DNA from: Betaproteobacteria bacterium
Lineage (GTDB): Bacteria; Pseudomonadota; Gammaproteobacteria; Burkholderiales; Burkholderiaceae_E
NCBI GenBank assembly: GCA_029979245.1
Contig: JAPOHX010000001.1
Location: 12,678-76,677, forward strand
Reading direction: 5' to 3'
Length of the DNA stretch: 64,000 nt
Shown: piece by piece, positions 40,247 through 48,806 of the stretch
Layout of the letters: the number at the start of each line of letters is the position of its first letter
How positions within the stretch are numbered: the stretch's first letter is position 1
The notes under the pieces: generated by a model
Databases searched by the model: none
What the model was told of the DNA's origin: nothing
The model's input: only the letters and a program-made list of their open reading frames with translations
Translations under genes and position numbers: made by a program

Positions 40247-42093
40247 TGCGGTCTGATGATGTCGGTTGCAGAGTCTGCGTAGATTGCCTCGACCAGCCCC
40301 GCGCGGCGCAACAGCACCGCACGCTGGTTGATCGAGCCCTTGTCGGTGGCCTCGCCGGTGTCCAGCGATGCGGGCTCGTGCATCAACAAGGCGCGGCTGA
40401 TGCGGCTGGCGCTGCCGGTGGCGGCTGCGGCGAGCCGGTCGATCAGGTGCTGGAAGAATTGCCGCACCGCCGGGGCGGCCAGTACCTGTTCGACGGTGCC
40501 GCTGCCAGGGGGCATTGCGGCGATCCGCCGGCAAGCGTCAAGCTGCGGGAAGATCAGCGCCGCAATCTCGTCACGATTGATGCCGGCGATCACGATGTCC
40601 TGCACGCACGGATCACCGGCGGCAATCGCGCGCGCGCGCAGCGGTCCTACTGACACCCAGGTGCCGGTCGCCAGCTTGAAGTCTTCAGCGATACGTCCGT
40701 CGAACACCAGACCCTTTTGCGGATCGGCGGCATCCAGGAAACGCACCGCGTCACCAGAGCGAAAGTAGCCCTGTTCGTCGAAGGCGGCCTGGTTGGCCTG
40801 CGGCGCGCGCCAGTAGCCTGGCATCACGCTCGGTCCGCGATAGCGGATCTCGAGCTTGCCATCGACCGGAACCAGTCGTGCCTGCACACCGGGGCAGGGC
40901 AAGCCGATGTCGCCGGAGCGCACGTCGAGCCGATTCGTGAACAGCGCCGACGGTGCGGTTTCGGTCATCCCCAGGCCGGTGCCGATCGGAATGCGCTCGC
41001 CGCAGGCCTGCTCGGCGCTGGCGTGCAGACTGTCCCATACCGGTTGCGACAGCCCGGCACCCGCGTAGAACATCATCCGCAGCCGGCTGAAGAAATGGCG
41101 CGCGAATGCCGGATCAGCGCGCAAGGCCGTGGCGATTTCCTCGAAGCCCTTGGGCACGTTGAAGTAGATCGTCGGCGCGATCTCGCGCAAATTGGCCAGT
41201 GTGCGTTCGATCAGGCCCGGTACCGGCTTGCCGTCGTCGATGTACAGCGTGCCACCGTTGTACAGCGCGATGCCGGTGTTGTGGCTGCCACCGAACACAT
41301 GCGCCCAGGGCAGCCAGTCGACCAGCACTGGCGGCTCCTCGGCCAAAAAGGGCAGCGACTGCGTGATCATCTGCAAGTTGCTGCATAGCATCCGCTGCGT
41401 TGTCGTCACTGCCTTGGGCAGGCTGGTCGAGCCGGAGGTGAACAGAAATTTGGCCACCGTGTCCGGGCCACAGGCCTCGCGCGCCGCGTCCACTGCCGCA
41501 CTCGGCACGGTTGCTGCAAGCTCGCGAAACAGGGTGGCAGCGCGCCCCGGAGGCGGCGCTTCGGTGACAACCAGCTCGACGTCGGCCGGCACCGCGGCGG
41601 CGATCGCCTTCGCGTAGCGTTCGCCGCTGGCCGCAAACACCAGCCCGGGGGTCAGCAGCCGCATCACATGACGCAGCTTTTCATGGTCCTGCGAGATCAG
41701 CGAATACGCGGTCGACACCGGTGCGATCGGCACCCCGACCAGCAAGGCGGCGAGCATCAGCTGGCCATGTTCGAGATCATTTTCGGACAGGATCACCAAA
41801 GGCCGCTCGGCGGACAATCCGCGATCGAGCAAGGCCTGCCCGATCGCCCGCGCGCTTTGCAGGGCCTGCGTATAGCTCAAACGCTGCCACTGCCCGTCGG
41901 GGCCGCGCTTGGCCAGATAGGTGTGCTCGGGGGTCTCTTGCGCCCAGCGCAGCAGCCGGTCGCTCAGACGATGCGGGTAGGGCTGCAGCGCCGGCTCCGA
42001 GTGCAGATTGATCTGTCCGCCGTCCAGATGCTCGAGCACTGCCGACTCGATGCCGAATCGCATCGCACGAAAGCGCGCGCCCGCAGCGTTCAC
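40243..42093 (-). CDS. fcs: Feruloyl/p-coumaroyl-CoA synthetase (CouB/Fcs-like)
   Basis: HRLSDRLLRWA, FTSGSTSLPK AMP-binding loop, DWLPWAHVFGG, GLGMTET, EDFKLATGTWV, TDKGSINQRAV; GTG start at 42093. Confidence 0.88.
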   Translation of the reverse strand: MNAAGARFRAMRFGIESAVLEHLDGGQINLHSEPALQPYPHRLSDRLLRWAQETPEHTYLAKRGPDGQWQRLSYTQALQSARAIGQALLDRGLSAERPLVILSENDLEHGQLMLAALLVGVPIAPVSTAYSLISQDHEKLRHVMRLLTPGLVFAASGERYAKAIAAAVPADVELVVTEAPPPGRAATLFRELAATVPSAAVDAAREACGPDTVAKFLFTSGSTSLPKAVTTTQRMLCSNLQMITQSLPFLAEEPPVLVDWLPWAHVFGGSHNTGIALYNGGTLYIDDGKPVPGLIERTLANLREIAPTIYFNVPKGFEEIATALRADPAFARHFFSRLRMMFYAGAGLSQPVWDSLHASAEQACGERIPIGTGLGMTETAPSALFTNRLDVRSGDIGLPCPGVQARLVPVDGKLEIRYRGPSVMPGYWRAPQANQAAFDEQGYFRSGDAVRFLDAADPQKGLVFDGRIAEDFKLATGTWVSVGPLRARAIAAGDPCVQDIVIAGINRDEIAALIFPQLDACRRIAAMPPGSGTVEQVLAAPAVRQFFQHLIDRLAAAATGSASRISRALLMHEPASLDTGEATDKGSINQRAVLLRRAGLVEAIYADSATDIIRPQ

Positions 42094-42875
42094 CGCTGAT
42101 CTCCAACCTTCGAGGCGCGCTTTTCCAGAAACGCCCGCATCCGCTCCTTGGCGGCCGGATCGCTCTGCGTAATCGCGGCCATCAGCGCCTCCATGAAAAA
42201 ACCATCCTCCATCGGCTGGCTTGCGATCCGCGGCAGCGCGTGCATGACCGCGTAGTTCGACAGGGGCGCGTTGGTGGCGATGCGTCGCGCGAGCTCCTGC
42301 GCACGCGCAAGTCCCTCGCCCGGTCCAACCAGGTAATGCGACAAGCCAAGCTGCTGTCCCTCGTCGGCGGTGAGTACCCGACCGGTGAGCATCAGGTCGG
42401 TCATGCGCGAGAAGCCGATGATGCGCGGAATGCGCACCGACCCGCCACCGCCGACGAACAAGCCGCGCTGCCCTTCCGGCAACGCGTAGAACGCACTCGG
42501 TTCGGCAACCCGCACATGCGTGGAGCAGGCAAGCTCCAGGCCACCGCCAACGACCGCGCCGCACAACACGCTGACGACCGGCACCCGCCCGAACTGCACC
42601 CGCTCGAACGCCGAGTGCCACATCCGCGAATGCTCGATGCCGCCGAACACGTCATGATCCTTTAATTCGGACAGATCCAGCCCGGCGCAGAAATGGTCCC
42701 CCTCGCCGTGCAGCACCACCGCGTTGACCTCGGCCGGCAGCTCCTCGAAGCTGCGCTTGAGCTGCCCGACCAGGCTGTCACTGAGCGCGTTGCGCTTGGC
42801 AGGGCGCGCGATCCGGATCGTCGCGATATGGTCGGCAATCTCGATCGCCAGTTGTGGCTTGCTGCTCATGCTCAT
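42090..42875 (-). CDS. Crotonase/enoyl-CoA hydratase (CouA-like hydratase-lyase candidate)
   Basis: FCAGLDL, GGGLELA and LPEGQRG with both catalytic Glu. Confidence 0.85.
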   Translation of the reverse strand: MSMSSKPQLAIEIADHIATIRIARPAKRNALSDSLVGQLKRSFEELPAEVNAVVLHGEGDHFCAGLDLSELKDHDVFGGIEHSRMWHSAFERVQFGRVPVVSVLCGAVVGGGLELACSTHVRVAEPSAFYALPEGQRGLFVGGGGSVRIPRIIGFSRMTDLMLTGRVLTADEGQQLGLSHYLVGPGEGLARAQELARRIATNAPLSNYAVMHALPRIASQPMEDGFFMEALMAAITQSDPAAKERMRAFLEKRASKVGDQR

Positions 42876-42990
42876 CGAATTCGGATTCCGTCAAAAACAG
42901 GCGCGTAAAAACAAGAGCGGCCGATGTCGCACCAAGCCGGTGCAAGACAACGACCGCGACCGGATTGCCCTCAGGCGATCCGCAACCGGC

Positions 42991-44019
42991 TTACTTCGTG
43001 TGCTTGACGATCAGGGACCGGGCGCTCTCGAGCAGCGCCTTGCCGTCATGACCCTTGCCGGTCATCTCCTTGACCCAGTCGTCGTCGACCCGATCCGCAG
43101 CCTGCTTGAAGGCCTCATATTCGGCTGGCGAAAATCGATAGACCACATTGCTGCGCCCGTCGACCGACTTGCGCCCGGGCACGTCGTTGCCCTGCTGAAC
43201 CTTGCCGAGCCAGCCGGAAGTCTCCAGCCCGGAATTGGCATCGATGACCTTCTTCAGATCGGCCGGCAGCGAGTCGTACTTCGCCTTGTTCATCGCCATC
43301 ACAAACGTGGTGGTGTACAGCGCCGGCTTGGTCGGGTCGAACTCCGAATGGAATTTCGCTAACTCGTTGACCTTGACCGCGGGCACCACCTCCCAGGGAA
43401 TGACGGCGCCATCGATCACGCCCTTGGACATCGCATCCGGAATCTGCGGCAAAGGTAGACCAACCGGTGTGGCGCCGAGCGTCTTGAGCAGGTTGGTGGT
43501 CAGGCGGGTCGGGCCGCGCATCTTCAGGCCCTTCAGGTCGGCCACCGACTTGATCTGCTTGTTCTTCGTATGGAACAGACCGGGACCGTGCACATGGGTG
43601 GCGATCAGCTGCACGTCCTTGAACTCGTCCTTCGCGTTGGCCTGCACGTACTCCCACATCGCACGGGATGTGGCCTCGGCATTGGTCATCGTGAACGGCA
43701 GCTCGAACACCTCGGTGCGCGGCATGCGGCCCGGCGTGTTGCCGACCAAAGTCCAGACAACATCGACCACGCCGTCCCGCGCCTGGTCATACAGATTGAA
43801 CGGCGTGCCGCCAAGCTGCATCGCCGGATAGCGCTCAAATTTGATCTTGCCGCCAGAGTCTTGCTCGATCTTGTCCATCCAGGCGGTGTGCATGTTCTTC
43901 CACACCCCGGACTGCGGCGACATGAAGGTGTGGAACTTCAGCGTGACGGTCTGTGCCCAGGCACCGGTGGTCGCAGCTAGGCCCAGGGCGGCCGCGAGCA
44001 CGAGGCGTTTGAATTTCAT
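42991..44019 (-). CDS. dctP: TRAP transporter substrate-binding protein (TarP-like, aromatic acids)
   Basis: Signal peptide, YPAMQLGG, LYDQARDGVVD, GLKMRGP, PWEVV. Confidence 0.88.
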   Translation of the reverse strand: MKFKRLVLAAALGLAATTGAWAQTVTLKFHTFMSPQSGVWKNMHTAWMDKIEQDSGGKIKFERYPAMQLGGTPFNLYDQARDGVVDVVWTLVGNTPGRMPRTEVFELPFTMTNAEATSRAMWEYVQANAKDEFKDVQLIATHVHGPGLFHTKNKQIKSVADLKGLKMRGPTRLTTNLLKTLGATPVGLPLPQIPDAMSKGVIDGAVIPWEVVPAVKVNELAKFHSEFDPTKPALYTTTFVMAMNKAKYDSLPADLKKVIDANSGLETSGWLGKVQQGNDVPGRKSVDGRSNVVYRFSPAEYEAFKQAADRVDDDWVKEMTGKGHDGKALLESARSLIVKHTK

Positions 44020-44161
44020 CGCTTGTCTCCGTTATCGATATTTGGTTACCCGGGAAGGCCGGGGTCGGACCGGCTCATTTTATGCGGGTTGCGATCCAAT
44101 GCGATAGAGTCCCGCGATACGCCGCCAACGGCGAAACCGAACAACAAACCCGGAGGCTTGG

Positions 44162-45190
44162 ATGCCATTCGCGATCAACGACGGAGCAAGAATCTACTGG
44201 CGAGAAGATGGCCGCCCGGACGCACCGCCGCTACTGATGGTCGGATCGCTGGGCAGTGACCACTCGATGTGGAACCCGGTGATGCCGGCGCTGGCCGAGC
44301 GCTTTCGCGTCATCCGTGTCGACAAGCGCGGCCATGGTGCCTCGGACGCGCCGCAGGGTGACTATGCGATGTCGCAGCTCGGCGGTGACCTGCTCGCGGT
44401 GGCCGATGCGGCCGGAGTCCAGCGCTTTCGCTACATGGGCCTGTCGATCGGCGGCATGGTCGGCATGTGGCTGCTCGGCAATGCCCCCGATCGGCTTGAA
44501 CGCGTCGTGCTGACCAACACGTCGGCGCGCGTCGATCCGAACACCTTCAGCGACCGGATCGCCGCGGTGCGCGCCGGTGGCATGGCCTCGATCGCCGACA
44601 CCGTGATGGGGCGTTTTTTCACACCGGCCTATGCGAAGTTGCGCACCGTGCATCACGAAACCGTTCGCCAGGTGCTGCTCGCCTTGCAGCCCCACGGATA
44701 CATCGGCTGCTGCACCGCGATCCGTGACATGCGGATCGCCGAGGCGCTGCCCCGGGTCAGCACGCCGACGCTGGTCGTGGCCGGAACCTACGATGTCTCG
44801 ACATCGGCCGAACAAGGTCGCTGGATCGCGCAGACGATTCCGGGTGCGCAATACCTGGAGCTGCCGACCGCGCATTTTTCGCCCTCCGAGCAGCCGGGTC
44901 GCTTCGCCGACGCTGCGGTACGCTTTTTGCTCGACGATGCATCGGTCGAGGCAGCGCTGGACGCCAGCACCTTGCGGCTGGCGGCAATCGCCCAGGCGAT
45001 CGCACTCAGCGATCCCGAGTCGTTTGCGCGCTTGGTCGCCGAGGGTTTCCGCCAGGGACTGGATGCCGGTGAGTTGCAGGCGCTGATCGCGCACTCAGGC
45101 TCGGCGGCGCGGCCTGGAAAGACCGATGCATTTGTGCGGCTGGCCACCGAACTGCAGGCTGCCCACGAGTCGGCGACTCGCCCGAGCTGA
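44162..45190 (+). CDS. pcaD: 3-oxoadipate enol-lactonase with a C-terminal degenerate CMD (PcaC-like) extension
   Basis: GSLGSDHSMW, DKRGHG, GLSIGG, GYIGCC, LPTAH; about 80 extra residues after the hydrolase domain. Confidence 0.82.
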   Translation: MPFAINDGARIYWREDGRPDAPPLLMVGSLGSDHSMWNPVMPALAERFRVIRVDKRGHGASDAPQGDYAMSQLGGDLLAVADAAGVQRFRYMGLSIGGMVGMWLLGNAPDRLERVVLTNTSARVDPNTFSDRIAAVRAGGMASIADTVMGRFFTPAYAKLRTVHHETVRQVLLALQPHGYIGCCTAIRDMRIAEALPRVSTPTLVVAGTYDVSTSAEQGRWIAQTIPGAQYLELPTAHFSPSEQPGRFADAAVRFLLDDASVEAALDASTLRLAAIAQAIALSDPESFARLVAEGFRQGLDAGELQALIAHSGSAARPGKTDAFVRLATELQAAHESATRPS

Positions 45191-45221
45191 CCGGCTTCTG
45201 CACGCGAGCGAAAACCCGGTC

Positions 45222-45743
45222 ATGGCACGACTGTTCGAGTGGCTCGCCAAGGCGCTGGCGCTGGCTGGCGGACTGCTGGTGGTTGCGATCGCGCTGGTCA
45301 CAAGCGGCAGTATCACCGGGCGCTGGCTGTTTGGCGAACCGCTGCTCGGCGACACCGAGATCGTCGAATACGGCATGGCGGTGGTCGTCGCGTGCTTCCT
45401 GCCGATCTGCCAGTGGCGTGGCGAGAACATCATCGTCGACTTTTTTACGGCCCGATCCAGTTCACGCACCCAGGCCCGTCTCGATCGCTTCGGCACGCTG
45501 CTGCTGACGCTGATGATGGGGCTGATTGCGTTGCGCACCGGCGTGGGCGCACTGGATCAGAAAAACTCCGGGTCGATGACGATGCTGCTGCAATGGCCAG
45601 ACTGGATCGCCTATCTGCTGATGACCGGACCGATCGCGCTGACCGCTTTGATGGCGCTGTACACCGCAATCACCGGCCGCAATGGCAGCGGCGCGCACGC
45701 ACGCGACCCGCTGCCAGGCGGCGCGCCGCTCGAGAACCGCTGA
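45222..45743 (+). CDS. dctQ: TRAP transporter small permease
   Basis: GDTEIVEYG, NIIVDFF; four TM helices. Confidence 0.85.
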   Translation: MARLFEWLAKALALAGGLLVVAIALVTSGSITGRWLFGEPLLGDTEIVEYGMAVVVACFLPICQWRGENIIVDFFTARSSSRTQARLDRFGTLLLTLMMGLIALRTGVGALDQKNSGSMTMLLQWPDWIAYLLMTGPIALTALMALYTAITGRNGSGAHARDPLPGGAPLENR

Positions 45744-45744
45744 G

Positions 45745-47064
45745 ATGACACCGCTCGCCCTCGCGCTGCTGTTGTTCGCGATCATGCTGGTGCTGATGGC
45801 GCTGCGGGTACCGATTGCGGTTGCGATGTTTGCGGCCGGCCTTACCGGCTACCTGATGAAAGCCGGCTGGCTGCCACTGGCCGCGCACCTGAAGACCTAT
45901 GCGTATGCGCGCTTCTCGAGCTACGACCTGTCGGTGATCCCGCTGTTTCTGCTGATGGGCCAGTTTGCGACGCAGGGCGGACTGTCGCGCGCCCTGTTCA
46001 AGTTTGCCGCGGCGGTACTCGGCAACTTTCGTGGCGGCCTCGCAATGGCCTCGGTGGTGGCCTGTGCGGCATTCGGCTCAGTGTGCGGCTCGTCGATCGC
46101 CACGGCAGCGACCATCGGCTCGGTGGCGCTGCCCGAAATGAAGCGTCACGGCTACTCGGGCCGACTGGCCACCGCGACCGTGGCAGCCGGCGGCACGCTG
46201 GGCATCCTGATCCCGCCGTCGGTGATCCTGGTGGTCTACGCGATCCTGACCGAGCAGAACATCGCCAAGTTATTCGCCGCAGCCTTCGTGCCGGGTCTGA
46301 TCGCGATGCTCGGCTACATCATCGCGATCGGTCTGTACGTTCGGCTGGTGCCCGGCCACGCACCCGAGCATGACAAGGTCTCACGCGAGGATCTGTGGCA
46401 AAGCGCGCTCGGGGTGTGGCCGATCGTGGCGATCTTCCTGGTGGTCTTCGGCGGCATCTATGGCGGCGTGTTCACGCCGACCGAGGGCGCGTCAGTCGGC
46501 GCCGCTGCCACCTTTCTGACCGCGCTGCTGCGACGCGAGATGAGCTGGCCGAAGTTCCGCCAGAGCGTGTACGCAACCGCGCAGGCCTCGGCGATGATCT
46601 TCATGATCTTCCTGGGAGCCGACATGCTGAACTCGGCACTGGCGCTGAGCCAGGCACCGAACCAGATGGCCGAGGCGGTCGCGGCACTGGGCTGGCCGCC
46701 ACTGGCGATCGTCGCCGGCATCCTGGTGTTTTACGTGCTGCTCGGCTGCGTGATGGACGAGCTGTCGATGATCCTGCTGACGATTCCGATCTTCTTTCCG
46801 ATGGTAATGGCGCTCGACCTGGGCATGGACAGCCAGGACAAGGCGATCTGGTTCGGGATCCTGGTGCTGATGGTGGTCGAGATCGGACTGATCGCGCCAC
46901 CGGTCGGGCTGAATGTGTACGTCGTCAACGGCATCGACCGGGACACGCCCATCGGCGAGAGCTATCGCGGCGTGCTGCCGTTCCTGGCCAGTGATGTCGT
47001 GCGCACAGCGCTGCTGCTGTTCTTTCCGCCGTTGTCGCTGTACCTGACGCAGTTCATGCGCTGA
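45745..47064 (+). CDS. dctM: TRAP transporter large permease
   Basis: IPLFLLMG, GSSIATAAT, GTLGILIPPS, GLIAPPVG. Confidence 0.92.
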   Translation: MTPLALALLLFAIMLVLMALRVPIAVAMFAAGLTGYLMKAGWLPLAAHLKTYAYARFSSYDLSVIPLFLLMGQFATQGGLSRALFKFAAAVLGNFRGGLAMASVVACAAFGSVCGSSIATAATIGSVALPEMKRHGYSGRLATATVAAGGTLGILIPPSVILVVYAILTEQNIAKLFAAAFVPGLIAMLGYIIAIGLYVRLVPGHAPEHDKVSREDLWQSALGVWPIVAIFLVVFGGIYGGVFTPTEGASVGAAATFLTALLRREMSWPKFRQSVYATAQASAMIFMIFLGADMLNSALALSQAPNQMAEAVAALGWPPLAIVAGILVFYVLLGCVMDELSMILLTIPIFFPMVMALDLGMDSQDKAIWFGILVLMVVEIGLIAPPVGLNVYVVNGIDRDTPIGESYRGVLPFLASDVVRTALLLFFPPLSLYLTQFMR

Positions 47065-47126
47065 GCCAATCCATGACGCAAACCGGCCGAATTCGGGCTG
47101 TGCTGACGCGGCGACGCGACCGCGCT

Positions 47127-47132
47127 TAAAAT
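47127..47132 (+). promoter_or_regulatory. -10 element TAAAAT 6 nt upstream of the rhodanese ATG (leaderless transcript candidate)
   Basis: TAAAAT-TGCGGC-ATG with no Shine-Dalgarno. Confidence 0.45.
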
Positions 47133-47138
47133 TGCGGC

Positions 47139-47531
47139 ATGGAACACCTTTTACCCCAGCAGGCGGCCACCTTCCTGAAGGAAGAACCCGACGCGCTGTT
47201 CATCGACTGCCGCAGCGACGCGGAGTTCTTCTTCGTCGGCCATGCGCTCGGATCTGTCCTGGTGGCCTGGTACGACGGCCCGGACTGGGATCGCAACCCG
47301 CATTTCGTCGCAGACGTGCGCAAGCTCAGCGGCCATTCGGACGTCCGCCCGATCGTGCTGATCTGTCGCAGCGGCAAGCGCTCGGTCGAGGCCGGCACAG
47401 CGCTTGAGGAAGCAGGTTTCAAGCGCGTGTACAACGTTCTGCACGGATTCGAAGGCGATCTCGATGAGAGCCGCCAGCGCGGCAAGTTGAACGGCTGGCG
47501 CTTCGAGGGCCTGCCCTGGGAGCAGATGTAA
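47139..47531 (+). CDS. Rhodanese-like domain protein
   Basis: FIDCR, LICRSGKRS active-site loop, GFEG, GLPW. Confidence 0.9.
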   Translation: MEHLLPQQAATFLKEEPDALFIDCRSDAEFFFVGHALGSVLVAWYDGPDWDRNPHFVADVRKLSGHSDVRPIVLICRSGKRSVEAGTALEEAGFKRVYNVLHGFEGDLDESRQRGKLNGWRFEGLPWEQM

Positions 47532-47553
47532 TCCCGCCGGGTGGCGCCGGCGC

Positions 47554-47799
47554 TCAGTGCATCGAGACCGGCTGCTGCATCAGGCCGTCGAACTCGCTCA
47601 GAAAATCGTCGACCTCCTCGATGGTCGGATCTGCAGCGATGAGCTCGGACACGTTCTTGCGAAAACGCCTGGCCAGCGCACCGGCGATGAAGATCTCCCG
47701 GCGAGCCATCTTGTCGAGAATTTCGAATCCACCGCGACCGCCACTCTCGTCGTGGAACTCGACAACACAGTAAGCGGGGCTGTTGTAAATCATTTGCAT
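47554..47799 (-). CDS. DUF3567 (BTH_I0359 family) small acidic protein
   Basis: MQMIYNSPAYCVVEF, GGFEILDK...REIFI, EEVDDFL pattern known from Burkholderiales. Confidence 0.75.
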   Translation of the reverse strand: MQMIYNSPAYCVVEFHDESGGRGGFEILDKMARREIFIAGALARRFRKNVSELIAADPTIEEVDDFLSEFDGLMQQPVSMH

Positions 47800-47912
47800 G
47801 GCGGTCCTCATCGAGTTGGCCCTGGTGACGACACCTTCCCCAATAGATAGTGTCCGCCCGGAAGCTTTCAAGATGCAAGCGGCAAGAATCCGCCGCCCAC
47901 CAGACGGACTAA

Positions 47913-48806
47913 TCAGTCGCCTTCGTCGACGCAGCCTTGCAACTGACTGCGCAAGGCCTCCAGCGCATCGGCGCACGCGTCTCGCACGAGAAGCCGCGAA
48001 TCAAGCCGCCAGCCGGTCGCATGCCAGCCCGCATCGGCACTGGCGGACCATCGGTACCACTCGCGCGCGGTGCGAAACAGAGCGAGTTCGATCCGCGGGT
48101 GCTCGATGGACTGCAGCGCTGCAAACAGCCGACGACGATCGAACACCAGTGCGCCCGGCCAGCGCAACCACGACATGCGCCCGGACTGACCTGGGTGCGC
48201 AACCGGTGTCGATGAAGTTCCATGCGCAAGACCCAGGCTCGCGCTGACCGCCCCCCATTCGGCAGCCAGCGAGTCTTCCGCGACATGAAGCCGGACGCCG
48301 GCCGGCCCCGCAGCGCGCAGTGGCGCAGCCACCGGATCGGGACGTGCATCGACCACCAGCGGCGACGCATCAAGGGCTCCTGGCGGCGCGGCTAACCCGG
48401 GCAGTTGCAGCGTGACGATCGAATCGATGTCCAGCCAGGACGCCGCCAGCGACGCGCGTAACGCATCGACCAGCAAGTCGACACGGGCCGTCGCAGACGG
48501 CAGCAACAACAGCCGCTGCCAGGGGCCCTCGCGCAAAACCCGCGTCAACGCGGTGCGCAACGCGATCGCCCCGGAACAACAGACACATCCCGAAGCCAGG
48601 CGCACGAGCCGCAGCGCCTCGTCGTTCTGAACAGGCTCGGGATGCGGCGCGGCCGGATCATCGATCAGCAGCGCCCAGCGCTCGCCCGGCGGGCGGCCCG
48701 CAGCCCATCGCAGCGCCAGCGCGAGCGCGCGGGCCGGATCGGCGGCACACAACAGGGTCAGTGGCGTGGCGCTAGCGGACGGCCGATGCGCACTGGCAGG
48801 ATTCAC
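47913..48806 (-). CDS. Degenerate CobW/G3E (COG0523-like) protein with GCVCC motif but no Walker A
   Basis: RPPGERWALLI, RLASGCVCC, C-terminal VFDRRRL...DSRLLV; GTG overlaps the trkH stop. Confidence 0.6.
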   Translation of the reverse strand: MNPASAHRPSASATPLTLLCAADPARALALALRWAAGRPPGERWALLIDDPAAPHPEPVQNDEALRLVRLASGCVCCSGAIALRTALTRVLREGPWQRLLLLPSATARVDLLVDALRASLAASWLDIDSIVTLQLPGLAAPPGALDASPLVVDARPDPVAAPLRAAGPAGVRLHVAEDSLAAEWGAVSASLGLAHGTSSTPVAHPGQSGRMSWLRWPGALVFDRRRLFAALQSIEHPRIELALFRTAREWYRWSASADAGWHATGWRLDSRLLVRDACADALEALRSQLQGCVDEGD

